From Promethearchaeota archaeon (GTDB taxonomy: Archaea; Asgardarchaeota; Lokiarchaeia; Sigyniarchaeales; SOKP01), in contig JAHPZA010000002.1 of NCBI GenBank assembly GCA_019058445.1, positions 128,415-192,414 on the forward strand: a DNA stretch of 64,000 bases, in the 5' to 3' direction. The position numbers and the translations under genes were made by a program. Positions 38,669 to 49,190 of the stretch are shown piece after piece (positions within the stretch are counted from its first letter, which is position 1; the number at the start of each line of letters is the position of its first letter). A model generated the notes under the pieces. The model was not told the origin of the DNA and did no database searches. It saw only the letters and a list, made by a program, of their open reading frames with translations.

Positions 38669-40717
38669 TTAAGTTAATCTGTTTGGGAATAAAACAAATG
38701 ATTTTCTTTCTTGGGTCTGGTGCTTAAGTTTAGCTTCCCTATTAGTTAATTTCAAAAGCCAAAAAAGCGAATATATTTCGATTTTTCTCTCAAAATCCTT
38801 ATCTAGTTTATGGTATTTATTATATCCATGGTAAAATGCTCTAGTAAGTTCGGGTTGATTGAGAAATTCTAAATCCCAGTGTATAATTTTAACAAAGTCC
38901 TCTGCTTTGACACCAATACCCCAATTATCAAAATCTATTATTCCATTTATTTTAAGGGAACCTATATCATCATTCACAATAATATTTTTACTATGAAAAT
39001 CATTATGTAAGAGAACTGCCTCATTTTCTTCTTCAATTAAAGCCTTATTCTCATTAAAAAATTCGGTCATTTCTTCAATATTATTCACTTTATATTTTTT
39101 GGCCTCTTGAATTTCCATATTTAACCTTTTGTGAAAGATTTCTGACCAAGTTTTTTCAGTTTTTTTACCAATTTCATAAATATCTTCATAAAAAGAGCTA
39201 AATTTTATTTGGTGTAATTTTCCTAAAATTTCACCTATATTTTCAAATAAATTTATGAATTTTGAAGTACTTAATTCAAGGTTAAAATCTTCGATTATGT
39301 TCTGCTCTAACATTTTATGCAATGAAATTCCATCAATATAGTCTTGCACAGTAAATAGATAGGGAATTAATTTTTTAGACTCATCATAGTAAATCAGATT
39401 ACCAACGGGTATAACCGGGGGATTTTGTTTATTAAAGTGATAATTCCCTGCTGGAGATAAAAGAATTTCTTTTATTTTTTCTTCGAGTTTAGAGGAAAAC
39501 GGATATAAGCTCCCGTCTAAAAGAGGGAATAACACTTTTTCCTTGGCAATATTTTCATATTGAAATGCTTTAGACGTCCGAAATCTAAATACTAATTGTG
39601 AATTTTCAAAATTAACTCTATAAATGGTGTTCGTTTGCCCCTCTAAAGGCCCTGCAATTTTTTTAATTTTTCCTTGCTTAATTAAAACATCAACAGTCGA
39701 AAAGATACTAATTATATCTTTCAAATCATATAATTCACCCTTATTCAAAGCATAAAGTTGAAAAATTAATTTCTGATTCAAAAGATAATTGATGGTAACT
39801 TCAATTCTGGTTTTAGTTATATCCTCTAATTCTCTCTGAAAAGGTGGTGAAAGGATATTTAGTTCTTCAATAGGAGTTTTTAATACATCCTTGTATAAAT
39901 AAAGAAAAGCATATTTCAATCCACGTTGTACTTTTCCTTCATTCATCTTAATATCATAGATTTTATTTCTAAGATCATCGAGCTGTTCTTGGTGTTGAGT
40001 AAGTTCTAAAACATTATCTTCGAGGGCCGCTTTGTATAATTTTGAGCAAATATTTGACAAGTTTGCTATTCCAGGTACAATTCCCGCATAATTTCTCAGT
40101 TCTATTGGTATTAATTGTAAAAAGAATGAAAATCGGCTTTCTTCTCCACAAAATACAGAAAAATTCTCATTTAATAATTCGATGTAAGCTTTATAATTAG
40201 AAATCTTGTTAGAGGCATCTTTGATCCCTTTTAAATTCTCAAATTTCAATAAATCCCTTACAATTTTTGGCTCTATTTCATTTCCAGTAAACATTTCTGG
40301 ATTATGATACAAAAAAATATCATTTTTGGAAGTTAAGGAACCTAAAATATTTTCAAAGTGAAACTTAAATTCTTCACCTGCTAATTTTTTTGAAAAGGGA
40401 GGAGCGATAAAAAAATTGAGAGTGTTAAATTTCTTTGCCAAAATATCTATCTGATCAATGACATCATCTACTTCATTTCCAAATGCTCCTAATAATAGTG
40501 GTATTTTGTCATTAATTTTTGTGGAAACATTCAGCAATTTTATTTTTTCATTTAATTTATCTGAAAAAAAAATTCCTTCTCCAGTGGTTCCAAATAAATA
40601 TATCGCATTAGCCTTGTTTAATAAAGCATGGCGAATTAAAATTGAATTTAATTCTGTATTAATCTCGAAGTTATTATTAAAAAACGTTATAGATGGAACA
40701 ATGACGCCGTTTATCAT
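38669..40717 (-). CDS. Fusion of a DHDPS/NAL-family aldolase and an APH/choline kinase-like phosphotransferase
   Basis: N-terminal GTTGE, LYHNP and GIKDAS (Schiff-base Lys); C-terminal LLHNDFHSKN and IIDFD. Confidence 0.85.
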   Translation of the reverse strand: MINGVIVPSITFFNNNFEINTELNSILIRHALLNKANAIYLFGTTGEGIFFSDKLNEKIKLLNVSTKINDKIPLLLGAFGNEVDDVIDQIDILAKKFNTLNFFIAPPFSKKLAGEEFKFHFENILGSLTSKNDIFLYHNPEMFTGNEIEPKIVRDLLKFENLKGIKDASNKISNYKAYIELLNENFSVFCGEESRFSFFLQLIPIELRNYAGIVPGIANLSNICSKLYKAALEDNVLELTQHQEQLDDLRNKIYDIKMNEGKVQRGLKYAFLYLYKDVLKTPIEELNILSPPFQRELEDITKTRIEVTINYLLNQKLIFQLYALNKGELYDLKDIISIFSTVDVLIKQGKIKKIAGPLEGQTNTIYRVNFENSQLVFRFRTSKAFQYENIAKEKVLFPLLDGSLYPFSSKLEEKIKEILLSPAGNYHFNKQNPPVIPVGNLIYYDESKKLIPYLFTVQDYIDGISLHKMLEQNIIEDFNLELSTSKFINLFENIGEILGKLHQIKFSSFYEDIYEIGKKTEKTWSEIFHKRLNMEIQEAKKYKVNNIEEMTEFFNENKALIEEENEAVLLHNDFHSKNIIVNDDIGSLKINGIIDFDNWGIGVKAEDFVKIIHWDLEFLNQPELTRAFYHGYNKYHKLDKDFERKIEIYSLFWLLKLTNREAKLKHQTQERKSFVLFPNRLT

Positions 40718-40918
40718 TTTTCTATACTCTGTTTTATTACGAAAAAAAGTCTAAATAGATTTTCAGATTTTATTTTGTAAGAATCAGTATTGTCAAATTT
40801 TGTGAATTAAAATGAATTTAATCATTAATAGTTTATTTTAAAGATAACTTCGTTAATATTTTTGATGTTAATTTATAACTTTTAAGAGAAAAAAAAAATA
40901 AATTTAAAATTTGAAATT

Positions 40919-41431
40919 CTATTTCATTTTAACTGCGCCTATAAAAACAATAAACGCAGCTAACAATCCTATAAAAAATCCTGTACCAAGCCCCCATGTC
41001 CAATTCCCATGAGTTCCATAAAATACATTATATTCATCTCCAGATAGAAATTCCAATACATCAAGAAATCTTCCAAAATTTTCCCATGTTGAAAGAGCAT
41101 ATAGAAAAAGTCCAATTCCAATAAACATCATCAATGAGCAAAGAATTGCCAGATTTTTAGATTCTTTGATCGCACCAATCATCGCAATAAATGCACCTAA
41201 CAAAAATATAACACCCGCTACAGTTCCAATATTACCTAAAATTTGCCTGTCCTCGGAATATCCAAAAGCGTTTATGTAATAATTTCTCTCAAATCTCCAG
41301 AATTCCCACGTTAATTGCCACCAAGCTCCTATGGATTCTGATACATAATAAGATAACACTGAAAAAATACCAATTAGGGCTCCTAAAATAACTACTACTT
41401 TATATGAGTCATTACGTCCCATATTTATCAT
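40919..41431 (-). CDS. Four-TM membrane protein
   Basis: Four hydrophobic segments with two external loops; WW after TM1; WGLGTGFF before TM4. Confidence 0.65.
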   Translation of the reverse strand: MINMGRNDSYKVVVILGALIGIFSVLSYYVSESIGAWWQLTWEFWRFERNYYINAFGYSEDRQILGNIGTVAGVIFLLGAFIAMIGAIKESKNLAILCSLMMFIGIGLFLYALSTWENFGRFLDVLEFLSGDEYNVFYGTHGNWTWGLGTGFFIGLLAAFIVFIGAVKMK

Positions 41432-41598
41432 CTTTTTTAATTTTGATTTTTAGAAATCTATACCAATGACTGATAAAAGATAAATGAACATTATGCACAA
41501 GCATATTTAAAAATATTCTAGATCCCATTTTTGTAGGTTTTTTAAATAAGCTGTGGGAAAAAAATTGATTTTTACAGGAAAGGATAATCTAATTGCCA

Positions 41599-42231
41599 TT
41601 AATTAATAAATTTTCTAATTACTTCGCCTTTTGGCTTCTCCTCTTCAAATAATATCGCCTGAAAAGAGTAAATCTTGGTGTTTTTATCTTTCCAATCATC
41701 AGCTGACAGCCATGCTTTTTGGCAAGTATGTCTTAAAAATTCCTCAACTGACCAATTTCTATCATGGTCAACCGGAACTTGAGGTAATAATAAACCTCTT
41801 CTCATTCCCTTTTCGGCAATTAATCCATCCCTTCCGATTACAATTTTCTCCAAATATTCTTTAGGTTCATTAACTTCAATTAACTTCGGAGGAGTTAAAA
41901 TAGATATTTCTATTACAATATTATCCATTTCTTTAAGTGTAACGGAGGGAAAACGGGGATCTTCGGTTGCAGAACTTATAGAAACCTTATGAATAACGTC
42001 ATATAACGGATAAATAGGCTCAATATATCCAATACAACCTCTTAAAGGATTTCCAGAAACATTATATGTATTTAAAGTCACAAATGCTCCATATTTATCC
42101 CCAAATTTTTGTTTGATTACTTCGGGAACGGGCATTCTTTTACTTTGCTTTAAAAAATTTTCAATATTTTCTCTTGCAAACTGGATTAAAAGTTTCCCAT
42201 CTTCCACACGAAATGGTTCTTCGTCTGACAT
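41599..42231 (-). CDS. AMMECR1 / TIGR00296-family protein
   Basis: GAFVTL, LRGCIG, DPRF, GLLLPQV, C.KA. Confidence 0.9.
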   Translation of the reverse strand: MSDEEPFRVEDGKLLIQFARENIENFLKQSKRMPVPEVIKQKFGDKYGAFVTLNTYNVSGNPLRGCIGYIEPIYPLYDVIHKVSISSATEDPRFPSVTLKEMDNIVIEISILTPPKLIEVNEPKEYLEKIVIGRDGLIAEKGMRRGLLLPQVPVDHDRNWSVEEFLRHTCQKAWLSADDWKDKNTKIYSFQAILFEEEKPKGEVIRKFIN

Positions 42232-42294
42232 AATCCCTTATTAAAATTTTATACCTATATCATATTATGTTTAACGATTTTTTATATTTTATAT

Positions 42295-43674
42295 TCACTT
42301 CATTAGTATTTTTCCTTTTGGTTCAGAGCTAATCTCAGAACCCCCTATAAATACCTTCCATATCTGAACCGATGTTTTAAATCCTTCATAGGGAGAATAT
42401 TTTGCTTTAGTCTTGAAATTTTGGGATTTAATTTCATATTCTGGTACTTTATCCACAATCAGTAAATCAGCATCATACCCTTCTTTAATAAATCCTTTTT
42501 TCTTTAAATTAAATTGTTTAGCAGGATTTTGTGAAGCGATTTTCACAAAAATTTCTAAAGAAAGTTCATATTTACATACTTTATCTAAAATTAACAGTGG
42601 ATATGTTTCAAAACCTGGAAATCCTGAGGGAGCCTTATTGAATGGTTTAAGTTTCTCCTTGATCGTATGAGGAGCATGATCCGTTCCAATTAATTCTATA
42701 TTTCCTTCTTTAAGTTGATTATATAAAAATTGAGTATGTTCATCATCCCGTAATGGAGGGAGTACTTTACCAAAATTTTTATTGGATAATGTGATTTTAT
42801 TTGACAAAAGAAGATGATGAGGGGTAATTTCAAAGCTTATTTTTAACCCACTATATTGTTTTTGGGCTTTTTTTATTAGCGCATAACTGTCCTTGCAACT
42901 TATATGACAGAAATGAATAATAGGATATTCCTCCTTATTTAAGTCATTATCAGCAATAATTTTGTATAGATTTTCAAGAATAAAATTAACATATCTTGCT
43001 TCCATCTGGCATGGAAACAGTTCATTATGTAATTCTAACACATTATAATTTTCCAAGGTGTATTCTTGGAGAACTTTCTCTTTTTTATCGATGGATAGAG
43101 GCCAATCAGGGTGTATAAATATAGGAATTTGAAATTTAGAGGAGATAAGGAGTAGTTTTTGAATATTTAAATAATCAGTCCAGTCAACTTCATTCAAAGA
43201 GCCAAGAGGATAGATTTTAAATCCAACCACTCCAAGATCAATAATTTTCATGATCTCATTATAATCAAGTGCCTTAGGAATCCCTGCGATAAATCCCACA
43301 TTGACATGAACATTATTCTTAGCTTTATCCATCCATTTCTTAACTTGGTCTGACGTGATTGCAGGTGGAATAGTATTTGGCATATCAAAAACCGTCGTTA
43401 TTCCTGCATTAGCTGCTGCATTAGTTCCAGTTAAAAAGGTTTCTTTCTCACTCTGTTCCATATCTCTCAAATGTGCATGAATATCAATAATGCCAGGGAG
43501 GATGATTTTATGCTCGCAATCTATTTCTTTTTTATCTACATTGAGCTCAGAAAGTTCTTTTAACTCTTCTTTTTTTGGTTTATAAATAATCTTTTTAATT
43601 ATATTCTTATCAATAAGAATAACTCCATCCCGTAGTAGTCCATCATTATATATTTTTGCGTTTTTTAAAATCAT
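42295..43674 (-). CDS. pyrC: Dihydroorotase
   Basis: PGIIDIHAHLR, DMPNT, HIS, TPHHL, GTDHAPH. Confidence 0.85.
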   Translation of the reverse strand: MILKNAKIYNDGLLRDGVILIDKNIIKKIIYKPKKEELKELSELNVDKKEIDCEHKIILPGIIDIHAHLRDMEQSEKETFLTGTNAAANAGITTVFDMPNTIPPAITSDQVKKWMDKAKNNVHVNVGFIAGIPKALDYNEIMKIIDLGVVGFKIYPLGSLNEVDWTDYLNIQKLLLISSKFQIPIFIHPDWPLSIDKKEKVLQEYTLENYNVLELHNELFPCQMEARYVNFILENLYKIIADNDLNKEEYPIIHFCHISCKDSYALIKKAQKQYSGLKISFEITPHHLLLSNKITLSNKNFGKVLPPLRDDEHTQFLYNQLKEGNIELIGTDHAPHTIKEKLKPFNKAPSGFPGFETYPLLILDKVCKYELSLEIFVKIASQNPAKQFNLKKKGFIKEGYDADLLIVDKVPEYEIKSQNFKTKAKYSPYEGFKTSVQIWKVFIGGSEISSEPKGKILMK

Positions 43675-44378
43675 AAATTCAAATTTTTTGTGCTCTCTTG
43701 TTGATCTATTCGAAAATTAATATATAAAATTTTATCTTCTGTGGATTTTATTTGATTTAAGGATGTTAAAACAATATTCTCCAGCATTGACGGAAATACG
43801 CGAACCACAGAATACAAGAAATTTATGAGAGGTTTATTAATATGGGAGGGTACTGAAATAATAATAAAAAATGTGGACGGAGTATTGAACTCGCTGAATT
43901 TTTTAATTGGAGGTAAATCATACATATGTGCTAAAAAAGGAATCTCAGAAGCGGATATTGAATTTGAGATACAGAGAATATTTTTTAATTCTATAAGTTT
44001 TAGCCATAATACAAATGCATCGGGATTACTGAACTTTTTCACATAAATTCCAGGAGTAGATTTCATCCACTCATCTGTATATGCACTTTCATAGAGAGGT
44101 GCTTTTTCTAGGGCTTTTTGCAATAAGAGAGCTTGCGATCTCTCATCAGAACTTAAATACCTTAAACTACGACCTTCAAATCTAATTAATACGTTTTTGT
44201 TCTGAAAAAATAAGTAGAGATTAGTATTTTTTCTAATCGCATAGGAAAGGCAAAATGTCTCTCTTATACAACAACAAATATTATAGATATCAAGCGGAGT
44301 ATTTCCTCTATCAATATCTTTTTTGTTATAATCAGTAAAATTTTCAATAAGTAATAAGAAATTGACCAATTTTATCAA
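43671..44378 (-). CDS. Divergent TrmY-like (tRNA pseudouridine-54 N1-methyltransferase family) protein
   Basis: LSYAIRK, RFEGRSLRYLSSDERS and STPGIYV match the TrmY N-terminal half; the C-terminal SPOUT motifs are not recognisable. Confidence 0.55.
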   Translation of the reverse strand: MIKLVNFLLLIENFTDYNKKDIDRGNTPLDIYNICCCIRETFCLSYAIRKNTNLYLFFQNKNVLIRFEGRSLRYLSSDERSQALLLQKALEKAPLYESAYTDEWMKSTPGIYVKKFSNPDAFVLWLKLIELKNILCISNSISASEIPFLAHMYDLPPIKKFSEFNTPSTFFIIISVPSHINKPLINFLYSVVRVFPSMLENIVLTSLNQIKSTEDKILYINFRIDQQESTKNLNL

Positions 44379-44396
44379 TCAATATATTTATAACAG

Positions 44397-45785
44397 TTAA
44401 AATTTAAAGTCCTTTGCCATCTTCTTCATAAATTGCTCTGCGCCCTTCCCCATGCCCGGCATCCCCGGCATCCCCGGCATCCCACCTTTTCCCTTCTGCC
44501 TCATTTGCATAAATCGCTTCATCATCTTTTTCATTTGGTTATATTGATCGAGCATCTTATTGATGACAGAGTATTCTGTGCCAGAGCCTATGGCAATTCT
44601 TCTTTTCCGGGTCTTTTTGATGATTTTTGGGTTTTCTTTTTCAAGAGCGGTCATAGAATCTAAAACTACACGCCATTTTTCGATATTCTTTTCAGCATCT
44701 TCTTTTAACGCATCCGGAATATTTCCACCGCCCATCATAGCAAGTATTTGCTTAAACTTCCCTACTTTTTTGATTGACTTGAGCTGTTGATATAGATCTT
44801 CAAGCGTGAACTTACCGCGCATTAATCTTTTTACCGTTTCTGGATCAGGCATAGCTTCTGCTTCTTGCACGCGCTGAATTAATCCTTCTAAATCGGGAAC
44901 TCCCAAGATGGTACCTACAAAAGTGGTTGGTTCAAATTCTTCGAATTCATCTATTTTTTCACCTACACCTACAAATCTGATGCCAACATTTGCGGCAACA
45001 CAAGCAGATAAAGCGCCACCTCCCTTAGCAGTACCATCTAATTTAGTTACAATAATTGACCCAAGGTTTGTTGTTTGTGCAAAAACTTCAGCTTGATTAT
45101 ATGCCTGCTGCCCGAGAGTGCCATCGATTACCAGAATAACTTCGTTGGGTTTTAATTTTTGTTCCAAAACAGCCATTTCTTTCATTAATTCCTTTTCTTC
45201 CTTGTGTCTTCCTGCAGTGTCTACAATAATGAGTTCATTTCCATCATTTATTGCTTTTTTCATTTCTTGGACGCCAATTTTAACAGCGTTTTTCTCTTTA
45301 GGATTTCCATAGCATTTCACTCCGATTTGTTTTGTTAATTGAACAAGTTGCTCATAAGCTCCTGGACGATATGTATCTGTAGTAACTGCTGCCACTTTGT
45401 AGCCTTTACTTTTATAAAAGTGAGCTAGTTTGCCAATTGTAGTAGTTTTACCTGAACCTTGAATTCCAACAAGAAGAATTACATTTTTCTTGCCTGGTTT
45501 GATTCTGATTGGAGCTTTCTTTCCTCCTAATGTTTTTATTAGCTCATCATGAACAAGCTTAATGATAAAGTCTTTTCTCTTAGCTTTTTGGAGGGTGGTA
45601 TTCATTGCTTCTTTTTTAATATTTTCTGTCATTTCGAAAACTAACTCAACTTTAACGTCTGAACTCAACAAAGCTCGCTGTAGATCTTGTATTAACGCAT
45701 TTATTGCATCTTTATCTATTTGAGGCAGCCGTCTTATTTTCCTTATTGCGGAATCCAAGCTTCTACCCAGTTTCTCTAATACCAT
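44397..45785 (-). CDS. srp54: Signal recognition particle protein Srp54
   Basis: GIQGSGKTTT, DTAGRH, TKLDG.AKGGG, M domain RIA.GSG, Met-rich tail. Confidence 0.97.
   Translation of the reverse strand: MVLEKLGRSLDSAIRKIRRLPQIDKDAINALIQDLQRALLSSDVKVELVFEMTENIKKEAMNTTLQKAKRKDFIIKLVHDELIKTLGGKKAPIRIKPGKKNVILLVGIQGSGKTTTIGKLAHFYKSKGYKVAAVTTDTYRPGAYEQLVQLTKQIGVKCYGNPKEKNAVKIGVQEMKKAINDGNELIIVDTAGRHKEEKELMKEMAVLEQKLKPNEVILVIDGTLGQQAYNQAEVFAQTTNLGSIIVTKLDGTAKGGGALSACVAANVGIRFVGVGEKIDEFEEFEPTTFVGTILGVPDLEGLIQRVQEAEAMPDPETVKRLMRGKFTLEDLYQQLKSIKKVGKFKQILAMMGGGNIPDALKEDAEKNIEKWRVVLDSMTALEKENPKIIKKTRKRRIAIGSGTEYSVINKMLDQYNQMKKMMKRFMQMRQKGKGGMPGMPGMPGMGKGAEQFMKKMAKDFKF
44449..44483 (-). repeat. 9-bp in-frame tandem repeat encoding GMP-GMP-GMP-GM in the Srp54 tail
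   Basis: Plus strand cccatgcccggc atccccggc atccccggc atccc. Confidence 0.7.
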
Positions 45786-45979
45786 GAATTATAAAATCTC
45801 AATTTTTTTTTCTTTAGTATGATCTTAAAAAAATGATATCTTTTTAATTAGATATTTTTTTACTTTTGTAAAGAAGTAAAAAAAATAAATATCAAAGAAT
45901 TTTAATATATAAAAAAATAGAATTATCAAAATTAAAAATATTTGTAAAACAATTCAAAAAGTAAATGGTGTAATTAGAT

Positions 45980-46408
45980 TTGTCAATTAGAAGGACAGAG
46001 ATACAAAAATTGAAAACAGGACAGTATATCATGGTTGATGAAGAACCATGTGTAATTAAAAGTACTGAGCGATCCAAAAGTGGAAAGCATGGTCACGCAA
46101 AAGTAAGAGTAGTTTGTGTTGGAGTATTCGACGGCAACAAAAGAAGCCTTACAATTCCGAGCGGGCATATGTGCGAGGTTCCTGAGATTATTAAAGGCAA
46201 TGCGCAAATAAATTTTATTGAAGATGCTTTGATTAATATTATGGACTTAGAAACTTATGAGTCTATGGATGTCAATTGGCCAGCTGAAGAGGAATTAGTA
46301 AATAAACTTAAAGATTTACAAACTGATCCAGGTAAAATGTCTGCTTCACAAGTTGAATATTGGTCTTTAGCAGGAAAAACCCTCATCAACAGAGTTTTCC
46401 AGAATTAA
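45980..46408 (+). CDS. eif5a: Translation factor aIF5A
   Basis: Hypusination motif SGKHGHAK; TTG start. Confidence 0.95.
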   Translation: MSIRRTEIQKLKTGQYIMVDEEPCVIKSTERSKSGKHGHAKVRVVCVGVFDGNKRSLTIPSGHMCEVPEIIKGNAQINFIEDALINIMDLETYESMDVNWPAEEELVNKLKDLQTDPGKMSASQVEYWSLAGKTLINRVFQN

Positions 46409-46488
46409 TTTATTTCCCATGTATTATATTTATTATTTTTTTAAATGAAGACTTTAATGATTAATTTTAGAGATTTAATTAAGTAGTT

Positions 46489-47406
46489 TTGAGTAGTATG
46501 GAAAAAAAATCTATCGCCTTAGCTTGTCGAATGGATTCAGAGAGAGCCATTAAATTATCTAAGAGGATTTTTGAATTTTTAGTGAAGAAAGGAGAGGTAG
46601 TGTACTTAGAAACTCGGATTGCTCCAAAAATCTTCCCTCATAATGGGATAGATTTAAATAGCATGACGTCTAAAAATACCAAATTCCTTATTTCTGTAGG
46701 AGGGGATGGTACACTCCTCCGGGTGGCAAACGGAATATCTCAAAGTGATCCTCCACCTATTTTAGGGGTGAATATTGGATCGATTGGTTTTTTAGATGAA
46801 ACAAATGATAGACGTGTGTACAAAGATTTAATTAAAGTTTTAAAAGGAGAATTTATAATTGAAACGTGTGTAAAATTAGCTCCTTATATCGTAAAAAATT
46901 CTGAAGAGATTAAGCTCAACAACGCGTTAAATGAAATTTTAATTGTTTCCTCTAAAAATTCTAAAGTTCTGCAAATTTCAGTTAAGGTGAATGGAATTTT
47001 TCTGAATCGCAGTTATTTAGATGGAGTGATTATCTCTACATCTACTGGCTCAACAGCATATAATCTAAGCGCAGGAGGATCGATAATAACTCCTACTTTA
47101 GATATTATGCAGATAACACCAGTAAACAGTTTTGCTCGTTCTGGATTAAGACCTATGGTTCTTCCGATTGATTCTGAAATTGAAATTACTCCCTTAAGAC
47201 CCCGGTTGAACGCGAGAATCATTATCGATGGCCAACAAACAATCAAAAAAGTAATGCCACACACAAGGATTAGAATACGAAAAGCAAACTCTCACGTAAA
47301 ATTTATTCGCTTAACAGATAACTATTATGAAAATTATTTCAGACGTTTAAGAAAAAAAATTATTGGAACTATAAGAACTCCATTTGATGATAGCCCTGAA
47401 GAATAA
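46489..47406 (+). CDS. nadK: NAD(+) kinase
   Basis: GGDGTLL, GFL, NALNE, STGSTAYNLSAGG. Confidence 0.92.
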   Translation: MSSMEKKSIALACRMDSERAIKLSKRIFEFLVKKGEVVYLETRIAPKIFPHNGIDLNSMTSKNTKFLISVGGDGTLLRVANGISQSDPPPILGVNIGSIGFLDETNDRRVYKDLIKVLKGEFIIETCVKLAPYIVKNSEEIKLNNALNEILIVSSKNSKVLQISVKVNGIFLNRSYLDGVIISTSTGSTAYNLSAGGSIITPTLDIMQITPVNSFARSGLRPMVLPIDSEIEITPLRPRLNARIIIDGQQTIKKVMPHTRIRIRKANSHVKFIRLTDNYYENYFRRLRKKIIGTIRTPFDDSPEE

Positions 47407-47944
47407 TCCAATCTTAATTTTTGATACGAACATCTTTTTATTGGGCATAGATTTTAATGTAATTGAAGGTGCTATTTATACAACGCCTAGAGTTATTGAG
47501 GAAGTTAAACACAAAAGATATACCAATAAAAATAGGAATATAATTAATAGAATTCAAGTGGCCATTGAAAGTAAAAAGTTGGTATTACAAACCCCTTCAA
47601 ATAGAGCTATTCAAGATATTGAGACGAGTTCAAAAACTACAGGAGATTATAGAGCCTTATCGATAGTAGATAAGGAACTAATTGCATTGGCTTTAGAACT
47701 GAAGTTAATTCTTAATGTGGATGTAATTCTCTATACTAATGATTATTCAATGCAGAATTTGTGCTCTGAATTGAGTATTCCTTTTTCAGCTTTAATACGA
47801 GATGGAATTAAAACCAGAGTTATTTGGGAAGTTTTCTGCCCTTTCTGTAATGAAATAAAAGCAGTTGAAGAATTCGGTAAAGAGTGTGAAATATGTGGTA
47901 CAAGACTTAGACGAAGAAGGAAAGATGAAATAAAATTAATTTAG
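47384..47944 (+). CDS. nob1: Nob1 rRNA-processing endonuclease (PIN domain plus Zn ribbon)
   Basis: IFDTN, LSIVDKELIALA, TNDYSMQN, CPFC..CEICG. Confidence 0.88.
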   Translation: MMIALKNNPILIFDTNIFLLGIDFNVIEGAIYTTPRVIEEVKHKRYTNKNRNIINRIQVAIESKKLVLQTPSNRAIQDIETSSKTTGDYRALSIVDKELIALALELKLILNVDVILYTNDYSMQNLCSELSIPFSALIRDGIKTRVIWEVFCPFCNEIKAVEEFGKECEICGTRLRRRRKDEIKLI

Positions 47945-48044
47945 AATTTTAATATTCAGAGCGGAGAACTCAATATAGTGGAAAATATATATTAACATTT
48001 CCAAATATTAATTGATAATATAATAATTATAATCTAGGAGAACC

Positions 48045-49100
48045 ATGGGAGTAAAGATAAACGAATTAGTTAAGCAAGTTAGTAGAACGATTACTTTTGA
48101 AAATCTACTAGGAAAGTCTATAGCTATTGACGCTTTCAATACTATTTATCAATTTTTAGCAATCATACGTCAGAGAGATGGAACTCCTCTTAAGGATTAT
48201 AATGGAAACGTAACTTCTCATCTTTCAGGATTATTTTATAGAACCATAAATTTTTTTGAACATAGTATTAAACCAATTTATGTTTTCGATGGGACTCCGT
48301 CAGAACTTAAATTAGAGACCATAAAGGAAAGAAAAAAAATTAAAGAAGAAGCTAAGGAAAAGATGATTAAGGCCCAAGAAGCAGAAGATTTCAGAGAAGC
48401 GAGGAAGTTTGCACAACAAACATCCAAATTATCCACAGATATGATAGAAGAGAGTAAAAAATTGATTGAATATATGGGAATCCCTGTTATCGAAGCTAGC
48501 TCTGAGGGTGAAGCTCAATCAGCGTATTTAGTTGAAAAAGGCGATGCTTGGGCATGTGCCTCTCAGGATTATGATACGCTATTATTCGGTGGAGAACGAT
48601 TAGTGAGGAATTTTGCGGTAAGCAGAAGTAAAAAGGTAAAAGATACAACAGTTACCCTTGACATAGAATATGTTTCGCTCCCCAAACTTTTAGAAAATTT
48701 AGAAATTTCACGAGAACAATTAATTGAAATGGGATTATTAATTGGTACTGATTTCTTTGATGGTATCCCAGGGATTGGGCAACATAAAGCCTTAGATCTA
48801 ATTAAGAAGTATGGAACTATCCAAAATATAATTGATAATGAAATCAAAATCGGAAAACAAGAGATTCAAATCGCTCCAGAAATAATTGCGCGAGTAAAAG
48901 AGATTTTTATCAAGCCGGATGTTATAAAAGATTATCCCAAATTGACATGGAAAAAAATTAATTTCGAAAAGATAGAAGAATTGCTGGTAGAACAACATAA
49001 CTTCTCAAAACAGCGTGTTGAAAATGCACTCACTCGTCTAAGAAAATTAGATTCTTCGAAAACACAAATATCACTTGATAGTTTTCTAAAAAAAAATTAA
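48045..49100 (+). CDS. fen: Flap endonuclease 1
   Basis: DAFNTIYQFL..RQRDG, VFDG, EGEAQ, SQDYD, GTDF; PIP box QISLDSFL. Confidence 0.96.
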   Translation: MGVKINELVKQVSRTITFENLLGKSIAIDAFNTIYQFLAIIRQRDGTPLKDYNGNVTSHLSGLFYRTINFFEHSIKPIYVFDGTPSELKLETIKERKKIKEEAKEKMIKAQEAEDFREARKFAQQTSKLSTDMIEESKKLIEYMGIPVIEASSEGEAQSAYLVEKGDAWACASQDYDTLLFGGERLVRNFAVSRSKKVKDTTVTLDIEYVSLPKLLENLEISREQLIEMGLLIGTDFFDGIPGIGQHKALDLIKKYGTIQNIIDNEIKIGKQEIQIAPEIIARVKEIFIKPDVIKDYPKLTWKKINFEKIEELLVEQHNFSKQRVENALTRLRKLDSSKTQISLDSFLKKN

Positions 49101-49190
49101 CATGTATTTATAAATTGAAATACAAAAGTTTTTACTAGTTAATTGCATTAAATTAATTAAAGAAGTGATTCACCAAAAGAATGATAGTAT

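Noticed and set aside
46280-46350. Short insertion in the aIF5A C-terminal domain as another intron
   Set aside because: It is in frame, contains no stops, and I saw no hairpin or BHB geometry.
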